DNA of 50,234 bases from Coleofasciculus sp. B1-GNL1-01 (GTDB lineage Bacteria; Cyanobacteriota; Cyanobacteriia; Cyanobacteriales; Coleofasciculaceae), in NCBI GenBank assembly GCA_040220235.1, contig JAVJTO010000105.1; one strand, 5' to 3'. A program made the position numbers and the translations under genes. The notes below the pieces were generated by a model. It made no database searches and was not told the origin of the DNA. It saw only the letters and a list, made by a program, of their open reading frames with translations. Shown here piece after piece: positions 27,190-38,266 of the stretch; position 1 is the first letter of the stretch; every line of letters starts with the position of its first letter.

Positions 27190-28635
27190 ATGGGAACTAA
27201 AAGCGTGTACTCCCCGAATCAATTGAGTCATTCAGCGTCTGCGGCTTCCCCAGCTTCCCCTCACCACAATACTTATTCAGCAAGCCCTAACTATTTGGGT
27301 TTTCTGATGCTGTGGATTATTTTACTTGTACCGTCTCTCACTGGATGTGGCATTAGTCCCAAGACAGAAGCTGGGGCGCAACCCAAACCCCCTGGTGCAG
27401 AAGAGAAAACCAGTACAGCCGTAGATGTCGCGATCGCAGAAACGGGATGGGTGATAGAACCCATAGAGTATAAAGGTAACACTCAACCTCTGCGGGATGT
27501 CTCCCTGCGATCTCAAATTGAAGGGCGAGTGGTGAAGCTAACCGTTGATATTGGTGATCGGGTACAACAAGGACAAATTTTAGCCCAGATTGATGACGCC
27601 TTATTACAAACGGCTGTAACCGAAGCCCAAGCCGAACTCGCCGCCCTCAAATCAGAAGTCGCCCGCGCCCAAACCCAGGTTGGAAATGCCCAAGCCAGGG
27701 CAGAACAAGCCCGGTTAGAATTGCAGCAAGCTAAAGATGATGCAACACGGTTACAAAACCTGGCGCAAGAAGGTGCCATTTCTCGACAAGAAGCCGAATT
27801 AGCCCAAACCGCCGCCGCCACCGCCCAACAAAACCTGGAAGCCACCCTCAAACAAATTCACACCGAACAACAAGCCGTTGCTGCTGCACAAGAGAGGGTT
27901 AAGGCGCAGCAAGCTATTTTAGCTGAAAATAAGGAACGTCAATCCTATGCGTTACTCGCCTCCCCGATTAACGGTGTGGTATTAGAACGAGTCACCGAAT
28001 CGGGGAATTTGGTGACACCGGGAAGTGAACTGCTGAAGTTAGGGGATTTCTCTCAGGTAAAGGTAGAAGTTCGGGTTTCAGATCGAGCATTAGCGGATAT
28101 TCAGGTGGGACAATCGGTAACGGTGCAGTTAGACGCCCTTACCCATGAATCGTTTTCCGGAAAAGTGACCCGAATTTCGCCAGCAGCAGATAGTGAAGCC
28201 TTACAAATTCCTGTAGAAGTGACGATTCCCAACCCGAATCGTCAAATTGGGAGTGGACTTTTAGCCAGAGTTAGCTTCACCCCAAATACCCAAGCCCAAG
28301 TTGTGGTTCCGCAAACGGCGTTAGAGGTTGGTGGAGAGTCAGGGCGTGGAGATACTCAGATGGCGAAAACAAATAAAACCTCAGAGAAAGCGACGGTATT
28401 TGTTGTGGTTGAAAATGGGGGTGAGTCTACCGTTAAAGCCCGTCAAGTAGAAATAAGCGATCGCGCTAAGGGTAGAGTGGCTATTGTATCCGGTTTAAAG
28501 CCAGGAGAACGGTTTGTGGTTCGCAGTGATGCGCCGTTAAAAGATGGAGATACAGTGCGTTTGAGTATTTTATCAGCAAGTTATAGCAGTATCCTTTCGC
28601 GTAGTTACAGTACAAATGTTCTAAAGGACTCCTGA
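27190..28635 (+). CDS. Efflux RND transporter periplasmic adaptor (membrane fusion protein); start uncertain
   Basis: Lipobox LTGC, lipoyl half motifs (GDRVQQGQIL; SPINGVV), coiled-coil hairpin, SGLKPGE. Confidence 0.9.
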   Translation: MGTKSVYSPNQLSHSASAASPASPHHNTYSASPNYLGFLMLWIILLVPSLTGCGISPKTEAGAQPKPPGAEEKTSTAVDVAIAETGWVIEPIEYKGNTQPLRDVSLRSQIEGRVVKLTVDIGDRVQQGQILAQIDDALLQTAVTEAQAELAALKSEVARAQTQVGNAQARAEQARLELQQAKDDATRLQNLAQEGAISRQEAELAQTAAATAQQNLEATLKQIHTEQQAVAAAQERVKAQQAILAENKERQSYALLASPINGVVLERVTESGNLVTPGSELLKLGDFSQVKVEVRVSDRALADIQVGQSVTVQLDALTHESFSGKVTRISPAADSEALQIPVEVTIPNPNRQIGSGLLARVSFTPNTQAQVVVPQTALEVGGESGRGDTQMAKTNKTSEKATVFVVVENGGESTVKARQVEISDRAKGRVAIVSGLKPGERFVVRSDAPLKDGDTVRLSILSASYSSILSRSYSTNVLKDS

Positions 28636-28683
28636 TAAAGCCTCCATTTCTAATGTGTAAATACGCCAGCGCGTAGCGCTATA
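28582..28683. mobile_element. MITE-like element with an imperfect 28-bp TIR, overlapping the 3' end of the adaptor gene
   Basis: TATAGCAGTATCCTTTCGCGTAGTTACA versus the reverse complement of the right end TATAGCGCTACGCGCTGGCGTATTTACA (20/28 identical). Confidence 0.6.
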
Positions 28684-29191
28684 AATCGGCAAAGTCTTTG
28701 TCTTTGTATAATGTTCCTAATTTATAATACATTTTCATGTATACATTTCATGACAGGGAAAGATGCACGCGCTACTCTAACCGTTTCTTTTGGTACTTCC
28801 CAATAGTTTTGTGGATGTAGTGTCATCGCTGCCGACCATCAACTCTTCAACTTTTTGTATTATCTTATTTATTGCTCTTCGCCCCCTTTGGGGTCTGACC
28901 CCCCATTACCCCCTAGAGGGCGCAAGCTGATGGGTTCCTCTCAACGTGAACAATGAATGGACGTGAAGGAATAGAGCAGCGGAGTGATGGGGGTGAGGGG
29001 TCTGACCCCTGATTCGCCAGCAGTATCAAGGAAGGGGACTGGGGGGTTAGGTTTGATATCGATGGCGTGAAAAGTCAAATTCTCCAATCCCTCAATTCTG
29101 CCCCAAGGAAACTTGATGTAAACTCTAAAGGTCGTGTTTCTCTATTGGTAACTGAATCCACCCGCCTGATTAAATTTCTGACTCTAACGTT

Positions 29192-29782
29192 ATGCGCTCT
29201 ACCCTAAAGACGCCAACCTCGTCTCACGCTTGGCAGGATTTACCCCTGGCGCAAGTGCCAGACTCTATGCAACTGGATAATATTAAAACCCAGTTGGATT
29301 TAATCTTGCTGGCGCTGGAAGCCTTGGCGGGTATTGGTTCTGAAGCCATGCTACAAGCGGCGGCTGACTTAAACTTAGAGTCAGTGGTGTCCGATCGCGT
29401 CGGGTTATGGCGTCTGCGTCAGTCTAACCCTCAGCGTAAAAGTTCAGGGGGGCGCAAAAAGCTGGATGTGGAAGAAGCGCGATCGCTGGTTTTGATTATT
29501 TGCCATTTAGCCAAACAGCATCAGGAACTCCTCCGTCGGGCTGTAGCCCTATTGGAACAAATGACTGAACAAGATAGTGAACCCCATCGGACTGCCTTGT
29601 TAGGCGATTATCTCGATACATTTATTAACACCTATCAGGAACGGATGGAGCAAGGAGACAATGTATCTATGGATTTACTCAATCAACTGGCATTCAAATT
29701 ACTCATTGATTTACTCTTTTACAGTGATTCTCATGGTCATCGGCGTCTCTGGTTAGCCTTATTGGGTTCAGCGTCTGGCTAA
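29192..29782 (+). CDS. DUF3038 family protein
   Basis: QLDLILLALEAL...WRLRQSNP.RKS...KLLIDLLFYS...RRLW. Confidence 0.8.
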   Translation: MRSTLKTPTSSHAWQDLPLAQVPDSMQLDNIKTQLDLILLALEALAGIGSEAMLQAAADLNLESVVSDRVGLWRLRQSNPQRKSSGGRKKLDVEEARSLVLIICHLAKQHQELLRRAVALLEQMTEQDSEPHRTALLGDYLDTFINTYQERMEQGDNVSMDLLNQLAFKLLIDLLFYSDSHGHRRLWLALLGSASG

Positions 29783-29846
29783 TATCAGTTATCAGTTATC
29801 AGTTATCAGAGGCTGGGGGAGATGGGGAAGATGAGGGAGATGGGGA

Positions 29847-29961
29847 AGATGAGAGAACTTTCCTTGTCTGTGTAATCAGTGTCAATAAGCTCTCACCTCT
29901 CTACCCCTATCTCTCCAATAAATCCGTGAAATCAGTGTTTTGACAAATGACGAATAACAAA
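29847..29961 (+). repeat. Dispersed ~115-bp repeat in the DUF4335 gene leader
   Basis: Close match to 21843-21955 on the - strand. Confidence 0.85.
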
Positions 29962-31538
29962 TGATAATGCCTAGCTCAGTTCTACGCCGCTATACGCCAC
30001 CCACCTGCACTCTGGAAATCGTGGCAAAAACGTCACCCCTGTCGCGTTGGGTGGGGAAGTCTGTGGTGAAAGACTTACGGTTTGAATTACATTTTGATGA
30101 TCCGCGACAGCCTGACGAAAAGCTAGTTACGATAAAAGGCGATCGCACAGAACTGGATGTCTTATATGAGGCAGTAAGTCACTACGTCCAAAACTTCCTC
30201 AACACCTCTCCCCAACCCTTATCCTGGACTAATCTAACCTCTTCTGTACAACCTGATAATCCAGGTGAATTTGAATCTAATATCCCAGAACCCGCCTCTC
30301 CTATTTCATTAGTTACCTCTGATCAACCCCAAGACAATCAAGAGTCGAAGCTACCATCCACAAAATTACAACCTTTAAAACAGTGGGCAATTCCATTAGG
30401 CATTACGCTACAACCCAAAGGGTTAGTCACCCATGAATTAGTTCTGGGTCAACTCGCAAACGAAGACTCTGGATCAGTTGTTTACTTAAGTGTCCTCCAA
30501 CTGTTCGATTTAGCCACGGCTTTAGATGATTATGTCGCAGAGATTTTAGCCCTACCCAACCTCAATCGCGCTGGTAAAGCCAAAGTTTTACCCCTGTGGA
30601 CAAAAGCCGCCGCCGCCGTTGTATTAGCCGTAGGAGTAACGACGGCGGGTGTGAGATGGTTCAATCAATCCCAATTAACTCAGGAAACCGCAAGCCTCAG
30701 TTCAGCCTCAGATTCAGCCGAAGAAGTCCCCTCCAACCTGGCTCAAGAACTGCCCACACCAACACCATCCCCCTTACCTTCGCCACCTTCGCCAATTCCG
30801 ACGCCAACGGTACCACCCTCGTTAGCCAACGCGCCCACAGTACCTCCCCCCAAACCCGTTAAACCCCCAGCACCATCGACTCGGAGTTCGTCACCCGCAC
30901 CCGCACCCCAACGTCAAGAGATTGCCATCACACCTCCACCCCAGCGCCCTCCGGCTCAACCTGCGCCGAGTACACCAGCCTCTCCGTCAACTCCACCCTC
31001 TGCCCAAACCAGTCGCCCTACAGCGCCGACGGGGAATGTGCAAAAGTCCCCGAGTTCGACCCAAGTACCCGCGACACCCCCACCTCTGCCCGTATTTCCC
31101 CCTCTTGATGTCACTCCAGCTACACCAGAACTCCCCGACGTGATGAGTCGTCCATCAGTAACCGCCCGTCGTCCTTCTTTGCCAACGGATACGGAGATAG
31201 AGTCAACCGAATTAGATGATACCAATGATGCCGCCAGAGGTAGACTCTTTGATACAATTCCTCAAGTTGCCCAAGCAAGAACCTACTTGCAACAGCGATG
31301 GCAACCGCCAGAAGACGTGACAAAAGCGCTAGAGTATCGGTTATTTATTGACCAAGATGGTTCCATTGAACGGATTATTCCTCTGGGACAAGCTTCACAA
31401 GTTCACATTGAACAAACAGGTATTCCCTTAGTCGGTGAACCGTTTGTTTCACCCGTTGAAGGAAACAGGAATCCCACAATTCGGGTTGTCCTGAATCCAA
31501 ATGGTCAAGTTGAGACATTTTTAGAGGATATGCAGTGA
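29961..31538 (+). CDS. DUF4335 domain membrane protein with a Pro-rich linker
   Basis: RRYTPPTCTLE, QLFDLATALD, single TM, C-terminal FDTIPQV...WQPP...LEYRL. Confidence 0.8.
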   Translation: MIMPSSVLRRYTPPTCTLEIVAKTSPLSRWVGKSVVKDLRFELHFDDPRQPDEKLVTIKGDRTELDVLYEAVSHYVQNFLNTSPQPLSWTNLTSSVQPDNPGEFESNIPEPASPISLVTSDQPQDNQESKLPSTKLQPLKQWAIPLGITLQPKGLVTHELVLGQLANEDSGSVVYLSVLQLFDLATALDDYVAEILALPNLNRAGKAKVLPLWTKAAAAVVLAVGVTTAGVRWFNQSQLTQETASLSSASDSAEEVPSNLAQELPTPTPSPLPSPPSPIPTPTVPPSLANAPTVPPPKPVKPPAPSTRSSSPAPAPQRQEIAITPPPQRPPAQPAPSTPASPSTPPSAQTSRPTAPTGNVQKSPSSTQVPATPPPLPVFPPLDVTPATPELPDVMSRPSVTARRPSLPTDTEIESTELDDTNDAARGRLFDTIPQVAQARTYLQQRWQPPEDVTKALEYRLFIDQDGSIERIIPLGQASQVHIEQTGIPLVGEPFVSPVEGNRNPTIRVVLNPNGQVETFLEDMQ

Positions 31539-31915
31539 AAGAAATGAAGGATAGGATAGGGAACAGGGAACAGGGAACAGGTAAGGTAGAATTTCGAGTT
31601 AACTTCCTCATCTCCCCCATCTCCCTCACCTTCCCCATCTCCCCCTGCTTCCTCTGCTTCCCCTGCTCCCTCTGCTCCCCCTGCTTCATCGTATCTACGA
31701 AGCTGCTCAAGTATTTTTATGCCCGCTGCACTAGTGGTGCGATCGCACAGGGGATTTTATCACCGACTTTTCGCAACCCCACTGTATTGTGGAAAAATTC
31801 CCCCTATCAGAAGAATCGCGATCGCCCATCAAGGCGTATACTATGGGGAATTGGGAAGTGGAAGACCCTAAACCGGAGAATTCCCTGATTCCCATTGCCC
31901 ACTACCTAAACTACA

Positions 31916-33499
31916 ATGCGCGTTTTACTCCTCTATCCCCAGTTTCCCAAATCCTTCTGGTCTTTTGACAAAGCCATCGAACTGGTTGGACGCAAGGTAA
32001 CTCTGCCGCCCTTGGGTATGATTACAGTGGCAGCGATCTTGCCTCAGACGTGGGAATTTCGTCTGGTAGACCGGAATGCAAGGTTAGAAACTCAAGCCGA
32101 TTGGGATTGGGCAGATTTAGTCATTGTCTCCGGGATGATTGTGCAGAAACCTGATTTGCTGCATATCATTCGGGAAGCCAAGCGGCGCGGGAAGACAGTT
32201 GCAGCCGGAGGTCCCTATTTTACCTCTGTACCCGAAACAGCATTACAAGCGGGGGTCGATTTTCTAATTTTGGATGAGGGAGAAATTACCTTACCCAAAT
32301 TTGTCGAAGCGCTAGAACGAGGAGAAACCTCTGGTGTACTCCGTTCTGATGGAGAAAAGCCGGATGTCACCAATACCCCGATTCCTCGCTATGACTTACT
32401 GAATTTAAGTGACTACAGTGATATGTCGGTACAGTTTTCTAGAGGCTGTCCGTTTCAGTGTGAGTTTTGTGACATTATTGTCCTGTATGGGCGCAAGCCT
32501 CGCACGAAAAGCCCAGAACAACTGCTCGCCGAATTACAACGACTCTATGATTTGGGGTGGCGGCGTTCGATTTTCTTAGTGGATGATAACTTTATTGGCA
32601 ATAAGCGCAATGTCAAGCGATTACTGCGAGAAATGGGTCCTTGGATGGCGGAACGCGGCTACCCGTTCCGCTTAAGCACAGAAGCTTCGGTGGATTTGGC
32701 ACAGGATCAGGAATTGTTGGATCTGATGATAGCAGCTAACTTTACGGGTGTGTTTTTGGGAATTGAAACACCGGATACGGAAAGTTTATCCCTCACCCAA
32801 AAATTCCAAAATACTCGCAACTCTCTGATGGAAGCCGTACAAACGATAAATAAGACTGGACTGCGGGTGATGGCAGGCTTTATTATTGGCTTTGATGGGG
32901 AAAAACCCGGAGCAGGCGATCGCATTATCCAGTTTGTAGAAGCCACAGCGATTCCTCAAGCCATGGTGAGTATGCTTCAGGCTTTACCCAATACGGCATT
33001 ATGGCATCGACTTAAGCGAGAGGAGCGTCTGTTAGAAGAAAATAAGGAAGCCAATATTCACCAAGGAACCCTAATTAATTTTATCCCTACTCGTCCTGTC
33101 GAAGACCTGGCTCGCGAATATGTCAGTTGTTTCTGGGAACTGTATGAACCTCACCGCTATTTGGGGCGCGTGCATCGCCATTTCCTCCAGATGCAACCCA
33201 CGCCGCACAAGCGTAAATTTAAGATACCAGACTGGATGACTCTACGGGCGCTATTAATTATTATGTGGCGACAGGGAGTCAAGCGTTACACTCGGTTCCA
33301 ATTTTGGCGTCAATTCTTCTCCATTTTGCGAAACAATCCCCGCATCTTTGAGCGTTATATTGTTAACTGCGCTCATCTAGAACATTTTCTGGAGTACCGT
33401 CAAATTGTCCGAAATAATATAGAAGCGCAATTAGCGGAGTATTTAGCCGAAAAAGCCAAGCTTTCTGCTGAAGTGAGAGAAACCGAATTAGTCAGCTAA
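31916..33499 (+). CDS. B12-binding radical SAM protein (DUF4070, HpnP-like family)
   Basis: PPLG..TVAA B12 domain, RGCPFQCEFC, DDNFIGN, GFIIGFD. Confidence 0.9.
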   Translation: MRVLLLYPQFPKSFWSFDKAIELVGRKVTLPPLGMITVAAILPQTWEFRLVDRNARLETQADWDWADLVIVSGMIVQKPDLLHIIREAKRRGKTVAAGGPYFTSVPETALQAGVDFLILDEGEITLPKFVEALERGETSGVLRSDGEKPDVTNTPIPRYDLLNLSDYSDMSVQFSRGCPFQCEFCDIIVLYGRKPRTKSPEQLLAELQRLYDLGWRRSIFLVDDNFIGNKRNVKRLLREMGPWMAERGYPFRLSTEASVDLAQDQELLDLMIAANFTGVFLGIETPDTESLSLTQKFQNTRNSLMEAVQTINKTGLRVMAGFIIGFDGEKPGAGDRIIQFVEATAIPQAMVSMLQALPNTALWHRLKREERLLEENKEANIHQGTLINFIPTRPVEDLAREYVSCFWELYEPHRYLGRVHRHFLQMQPTPHKRKFKIPDWMTLRALLIIMWRQGVKRYTRFQFWRQFFSILRNNPRIFERYIVNCAHLEHFLEYRQIVRNNIEAQLAEYLAEKAKLSAEVRETELVS

Positions 33500-33518
33500 A
33501 TTAATTACTGGCGTGGTA

Positions 33519-33648
33519 TAAGCTGTTTTGCATTTAAACCTTAATGTCAATAATGACGAAATCCTTGCCGTAGTAGTGCGAGCATCTTGCTCGCTACATT
33601 GAGCATCTTGCTCGCTACCCATTCCCAATTTAAATGCGTGACAGCTTA
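33519..33648. mobile_element. MITE-like element (TAAGCTGT...GCATTTAAA family)
   Basis: Inverted homolog of 7272-7374 with a duplicated internal GAGCATCTTGCTCGCTAC. Confidence 0.78.
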
Positions 33649-33783
33649 GCTAAAATGGCGGATTAGATTTGACGATGGAATCGGGCGCACGTCTGTGCGT
33701 CCCTACAGTGGCTGGATATTAATCTATCAAATTAGATGTGCGACACCACTACATTAAAATCTGCTTACCCGTGCATAGTATAA

Positions 33784-35184
33784 ATGGTATCAGTTAAACC
33801 CAGCTTAGGTGAAATTGAACACCTAGACTCTAAATTAATAAAACACTTCGAGGGCAAGTTAATTGTCCATGAGCAGCTCAACCGCTCATTGGTTAGTTAT
33901 CAAGCCAATAAAACTCGCGCCATATATCGGTGGTATAAGTATAAAGAGGCGTTTTCTGCTGCTTTAGTGGACTATCTATTGCAGCGTTATGGGATTACTA
34001 ACGGCACAATGTTAGATCCATTCGCTGGGAGTGGTACAGCCCTATTTGTCGCAAGTGAAATGGGTATCAATGCCCAAGGAATTGAATTACTGCCGATTGG
34101 TCAGGAAATCATTACCATTCGGAAACTATTAGCCTCAGACATTACCACTGATGATATTACTACTTTAATCAATTGGTCAACCAAACAACCTTGGGAAAAG
34201 GTTGAGAGTCTCTGCTCTCTTCCCGAATTACGAATTACTAAAGGAGCATATCCCGAAGCAACGCGAAACGCCATCGAACAATACATGAGCGCATGGCAAG
34301 GTGAGAATAAACGAGTTCAGGCTATTTTACGCTTTGCCTTACTTTGTATTTTAGAATCCGTGAGTTACACACGCAAAGACGGTCAATATTTGCGCTGGGA
34401 TTATCGCTCCAACCGGAAAGCCGGAAAGAAGGCGTTTAATAAAGGAAACATTTCCAGTTTTGCTGAAGCCATTTGCAGTAAAATCGATGAAATTATTGCT
34501 GATTTACAGCCTCAACATGAACAGCTTGAACTTTTTACGGTAGAGAATGAGCGAGGTGAGATTAAGCTTGATAAAGGTTCATGTCTGGATTTAATGCCGA
34601 TGTTACCCGATAGTTTTTACAATGCTATTGTAACCTCGCCCCCCTATTGTAATCGCTACGATTACACAAGGACTTATGCCTTAGAATTAGCGTTGCTGGG
34701 CATCAATGAGCAGGAATTGGTCAAGTTGAGACAACAAATGTTGAGTTGTACCGTGGAAAATCGCCCCAAAGATTTACTCCAGATTAATCCTCAATGGAAA
34801 TCGGCGATCGCGGCGGCTGAGCAACAGGAATTATTACAAGCAATTCTGCACTATTTAGATGACCAGAAATGCCAGGGTATTTTGAATAATAAAGGAATTC
34901 CCCGCATGGTTCGCGGTTACTTCTATGAAATGGCTTGTACAATCGCTGAATGTGCGCGAGTTTTAAAATCTAATGCTCCCTTAATCATGGTGAATGATAA
35001 TGTTCGCTATGCTGGAGCTAGTATTTCAGTGGATCTGATTCTTTCAGACTTAGCAGAAAAACTGGGCTTTTTTGTGGAAACTATCCTCGTGTTGCCCAAT
35101 GGTAAAGGTAATAGTAGTCAACAAATGGGCGCTCATGGACGAGAACCATTGCGGAAGTGTATTTATGTGTGGAGAAAAGGCTAA
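33784..35184 (+). CDS. N4-cytosine DNA methyltransferase (M.AvaI/M.BsoBI-like)
   Basis: Motif I DPFAGSGT precedes motif IV TSPPY. The stop overlaps the endonuclease start (TAATG). Confidence 0.9.
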   Translation: MVSVKPSLGEIEHLDSKLIKHFEGKLIVHEQLNRSLVSYQANKTRAIYRWYKYKEAFSAALVDYLLQRYGITNGTMLDPFAGSGTALFVASEMGINAQGIELLPIGQEIITIRKLLASDITTDDITTLINWSTKQPWEKVESLCSLPELRITKGAYPEATRNAIEQYMSAWQGENKRVQAILRFALLCILESVSYTRKDGQYLRWDYRSNRKAGKKAFNKGNISSFAEAICSKIDEIIADLQPQHEQLELFTVENERGEIKLDKGSCLDLMPMLPDSFYNAIVTSPPYCNRYDYTRTYALELALLGINEQELVKLRQQMLSCTVENRPKDLLQINPQWKSAIAAAEQQELLQAILHYLDDQKCQGILNNKGIPRMVRGYFYEMACTIAECARVLKSNAPLIMVNDNVRYAGASISVDLILSDLAEKLGFFVETILVLPNGKGNSSQQMGAHGREPLRKCIYVWRKG

Positions 35185-36162
35185 TGGCAGCGGATAAGCC
35201 CTATTATCAGCATTTGAATGCCAGTGATGACTTAGTGACTCCTTATGCAGCAATAAGAGCTGGTTTTGTCGCGTTAGCTTTAGAGAAGAATAGACGTGCT
35301 ACACCATTTGTTGAGCAAGCAAGAGTTTTGAAAGTGGCTGCGTCTAGAATCCAAACCCCTATAGAATTAGTGAATATTGAGGACATACAACCAGCATTAT
35401 TAACAGCAGCAGGTGTTTCAGATAAAGCAGCGAAGTATTTAGAGCAGCAGGATAAAATAGCTGCAATTCGGGGATTGATTGAAGATTTTCTTGAGCCAGC
35501 AGGCGCAAATTTTATAGAGGAGTTAGTCTTTCGATTTCTGCTGATACGGGGAGATACTCTGGGTGGTTCAATGCGAAATGTTGGTGGAATTTTGGCACAA
35601 CGTAAGTTAACGCGCATGTTGATATCGACTTTGAACGAACGTTGCAGGTAAATCTTATCAATGGCTGCACTCAAGCATGAACCGATGGGTTCAAATGACT
35701 GATGAAGACTCAGATATTGAATTGCACTTAAAAGGACTAAGCTGGAAAAACAATGATCAAAACAGGACTCTTATTTATAACTTAACTGTGCCTTTTATTA
35801 AAAACAATGTAGACTTATGTCTGTTAAACTGTAGTCCCCAAGAGTTGGCAACAAAAAAACTGGCTAAAGTGACGTACAAGCTTCCGACTGTTTACCTGGC
35901 GCTTGGAGAACTAAAAGGAGGTATTGATCCGGCTGGTGCTGATGAACATTGGAAGACAGCTCGTTCAGCACTACAGCGCATCAATCAGGCATTTCTAACC
36001 CATGGACTAAAACCCCATACCTTTTTTATTGGAGCTGCAATAGAAAAGAAAATGGCAAATGAAATCTGGCATCAGCTAGAAGAAGAAACGCTGACCAATG
36101 CGGCTAACTTAACGAATGACAATCAACTGGCATCTATATCACGTTGGCTATGCAGTCTTTAA
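35184..36162 (+). pseudogene. AvaI/BsoBI-family type II restriction endonuclease (CYCGRG expected), frameshifted
   Basis: [12 protein letters not shown]...[10 protein letters not shown] and NVDLCL...[19 protein letters not shown] lie in two frames. Removing one copy of the GAAC duplication at 35633-35640 restores a single ORF. Confidence 0.9.
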
Positions 36163-36247
36163 GTATATCTCATCAAGCTGCAAATGACTCTATAATCTAT
36201 AAATTGAGAAACCGATAAAATGCACGTCAATCGAAATCTAAGGAACA

Positions 36248-36302
36248 AAACCCAACGCCTAGAAGATTTTGTTGGGTTTCGCTATCGCTCTACCCAACCT
36301 AC
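36248..36302 (-). repeat. GTAGGTTGGG-type REP-like element
   Basis: AAACCCAAC...GTTGGGTTTCGCTATCGCTCTACCCAACCTAC. Confidence 0.75.
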
Positions 36303-36463
36303 TATTCCCAACTTAATCCAGTAGACGGATTGCCAGATAAGGAAACTCCTGCAATGATTAAATTATTTCTTATATTAAATACAGTATCCTTCAGTTGAGG
36401 GACTAGAGTACAACTTACCTGACTCTTAGACTAACCTCTGTTCCAAGCCTATCAGTATAAACT

Positions 36464-38122
36464 ATGTTCTCCTTAACTCAAAGCAACTCTCGACAACGCG
36501 AAATTCTAGAAGTCGTCTTCCGCAATGGTTGGGAGTACATGCGAAGACTGCTGACAGGTAGTAAAGCTGACGAACCGCAATTGCCTCCCCCAGAGGTGCT
36601 GCGGAACGTGCTAACGGAATTGGGACCGGTTTACGTGAAGCTAGGACAACTGCTGAGTACTCGTCCTGATTTGTTACCCGCTGATTACATTGACGCTCTC
36701 TCAGAACTCCAAGCTAAGGTGCCACCTGTGGCGTGGAGTGAGGTTGAAATATTACTGCGAAAGCAACTGCGAAAGCCTTTAGAAGAAACCTTTGCTAAGA
36801 TAGATCCTCGATCTGTGGCTGCTGGTTCTATTGCCCAAACCCATCGAGCCACCCTAAAAAATGGTCAGGAGGTAGCGCTTAAAGTTCAGCGTCCAGGAAT
36901 TGATAAGGTTGTTCCTCAGGATATTGCTATAATTAAAGGCTTGGCAGATTTAGTCTCGCGTACTGAGTTTGGACAAGACTATGATGTTGTAGCAATAGCT
37001 GAGGAGTTTACCAGCGCTCTACAAGCCGAACTCGATTTTACCCAAGAAGCCAGCTACACAGACCAATTGCGGCGCAATCTCTCCAGAAGTCGCTGGTTTG
37101 ATCCCACGCAAATCGTGGTTCCCGCTATTTATTGGGAGTTGACCACGGAGAAACTGATGGTGATGGAATGGTTAGAAGGTAAACCCATTCTAGACGCCCA
37201 CTTTTCTGCCGAGCAAAATGGCGAGGATAGCGGTAACGAGAAGAAAAAGCGCCAAGAAATTACGACGCTTTTATTTCGTGCCTTTTTTCAGCAACTCTAC
37301 GTCGATGGTTTTTTCCATGCTGATCCTCATCCAGGCAACTTATTCTATCTTCAGGATGGTCGCGTGGCGCTTTTAGACTGCGGGATGGTTGGGCGTTTAG
37401 ACCCACGCACTCAACAGATTTTAACCGAAATGTTACTCGCGATCGTAGATTTAGATGCTCAACGCTGCGCCCAGTTAACCCTGCAACTGTCTGAGTCCGG
37501 TCAACCCATTATCTTATCGCGGTTGGAAAATGACTACGATCGCATGTTGAGAAAATACTACAACCTCAGCATCTCACAAATCAACTTCAGTGAGGTCTTT
37601 TATGAAATCTTGGAACTTGCCCGAAATAACCGAGTCCGCTTACCCAGCAATATGGGATTATACTCCAAGTGTCTCGCCAACCTAGAAGGGGTGGCTCGTA
37701 CTTTTAATCCAGAGGTGAATCTCCTCGACGAAATCAAGCCCCTGATGACCGATTTATTTCGGCGTCAGCTTTTGGGTTCAAATCCCTTGCAAACCTTTCT
37801 CCGAACCGCTCTGGATGTCAAAAGTCTCTCGCTACAATCTCCCCGTCAGATGGAGTTACTGCTTGACCGGATCACTTCAGAAACTTTAAAGTGGAATATT
37901 ACTATTCGGGATATCGATCCTCTGCGCCGCAGTCTAGATGATTCAGCCAATCGGCTTTCATTTAGTATTTTGGTGGGTTCCTTGATTATGGGTGCAGCAA
38001 TTATCTCGACAGGAGCGCAAACGAGTGAGCTTTCGCTTCTGAGTAATATCCTGTTTGGTGTGGCGAGTTTTTTAGGGTTGTGGTTAATTGTCAGTATCCT
38101 CAAATCAGGACGATTGAAATGA
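36464..38122 (+). CDS. AarF/ABC1/UbiB family kinase
   Basis: LGPVYVKLGQLLSTRPD, VALKVQRP, FHADPHPGN, LDCGMVG, C-terminal TMs. Confidence 0.93.
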   Translation: MFSLTQSNSRQREILEVVFRNGWEYMRRLLTGSKADEPQLPPPEVLRNVLTELGPVYVKLGQLLSTRPDLLPADYIDALSELQAKVPPVAWSEVEILLRKQLRKPLEETFAKIDPRSVAAGSIAQTHRATLKNGQEVALKVQRPGIDKVVPQDIAIIKGLADLVSRTEFGQDYDVVAIAEEFTSALQAELDFTQEASYTDQLRRNLSRSRWFDPTQIVVPAIYWELTTEKLMVMEWLEGKPILDAHFSAEQNGEDSGNEKKKRQEITTLLFRAFFQQLYVDGFFHADPHPGNLFYLQDGRVALLDCGMVGRLDPRTQQILTEMLLAIVDLDAQRCAQLTLQLSESGQPIILSRLENDYDRMLRKYYNLSISQINFSEVFYEILELARNNRVRLPSNMGLYSKCLANLEGVARTFNPEVNLLDEIKPLMTDLFRRQLLGSNPLQTFLRTALDVKSLSLQSPRQMELLLDRITSETLKWNITIRDIDPLRRSLDDSANRLSFSILVGSLIMGAAIISTGAQTSELSLLSNILFGVASFLGLWLIVSILKSGRLK

Positions 38123-38266
38123 TGACTTTTCAGTATTGGAAATTCTAGTTTTTTGGGAACAGGAAACAGGGAACAGGTAGGTAGAGTTTTGAGTTAACTT
38201 CCCCATCTTCCCCATCTTCCCCAGCTTCCCCATCTTCCCCAGCTTCCCCAGCTTCCCCAGCTTCCC

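Noticed and set aside
31916..33499. Calling this gene hpnP
   Set aside because: Cyanobacteria have several paralogs of this family and no hopanoid genes are nearby, so a phylogeny is needed.
35633..35640. Duplicated GAAC equals a known PT consensus (GAAC/GTTC)
   Set aside because: A 4-mer match is easily chance, the duplication can also be read as AACG, and this organism's PT motif is unknown.
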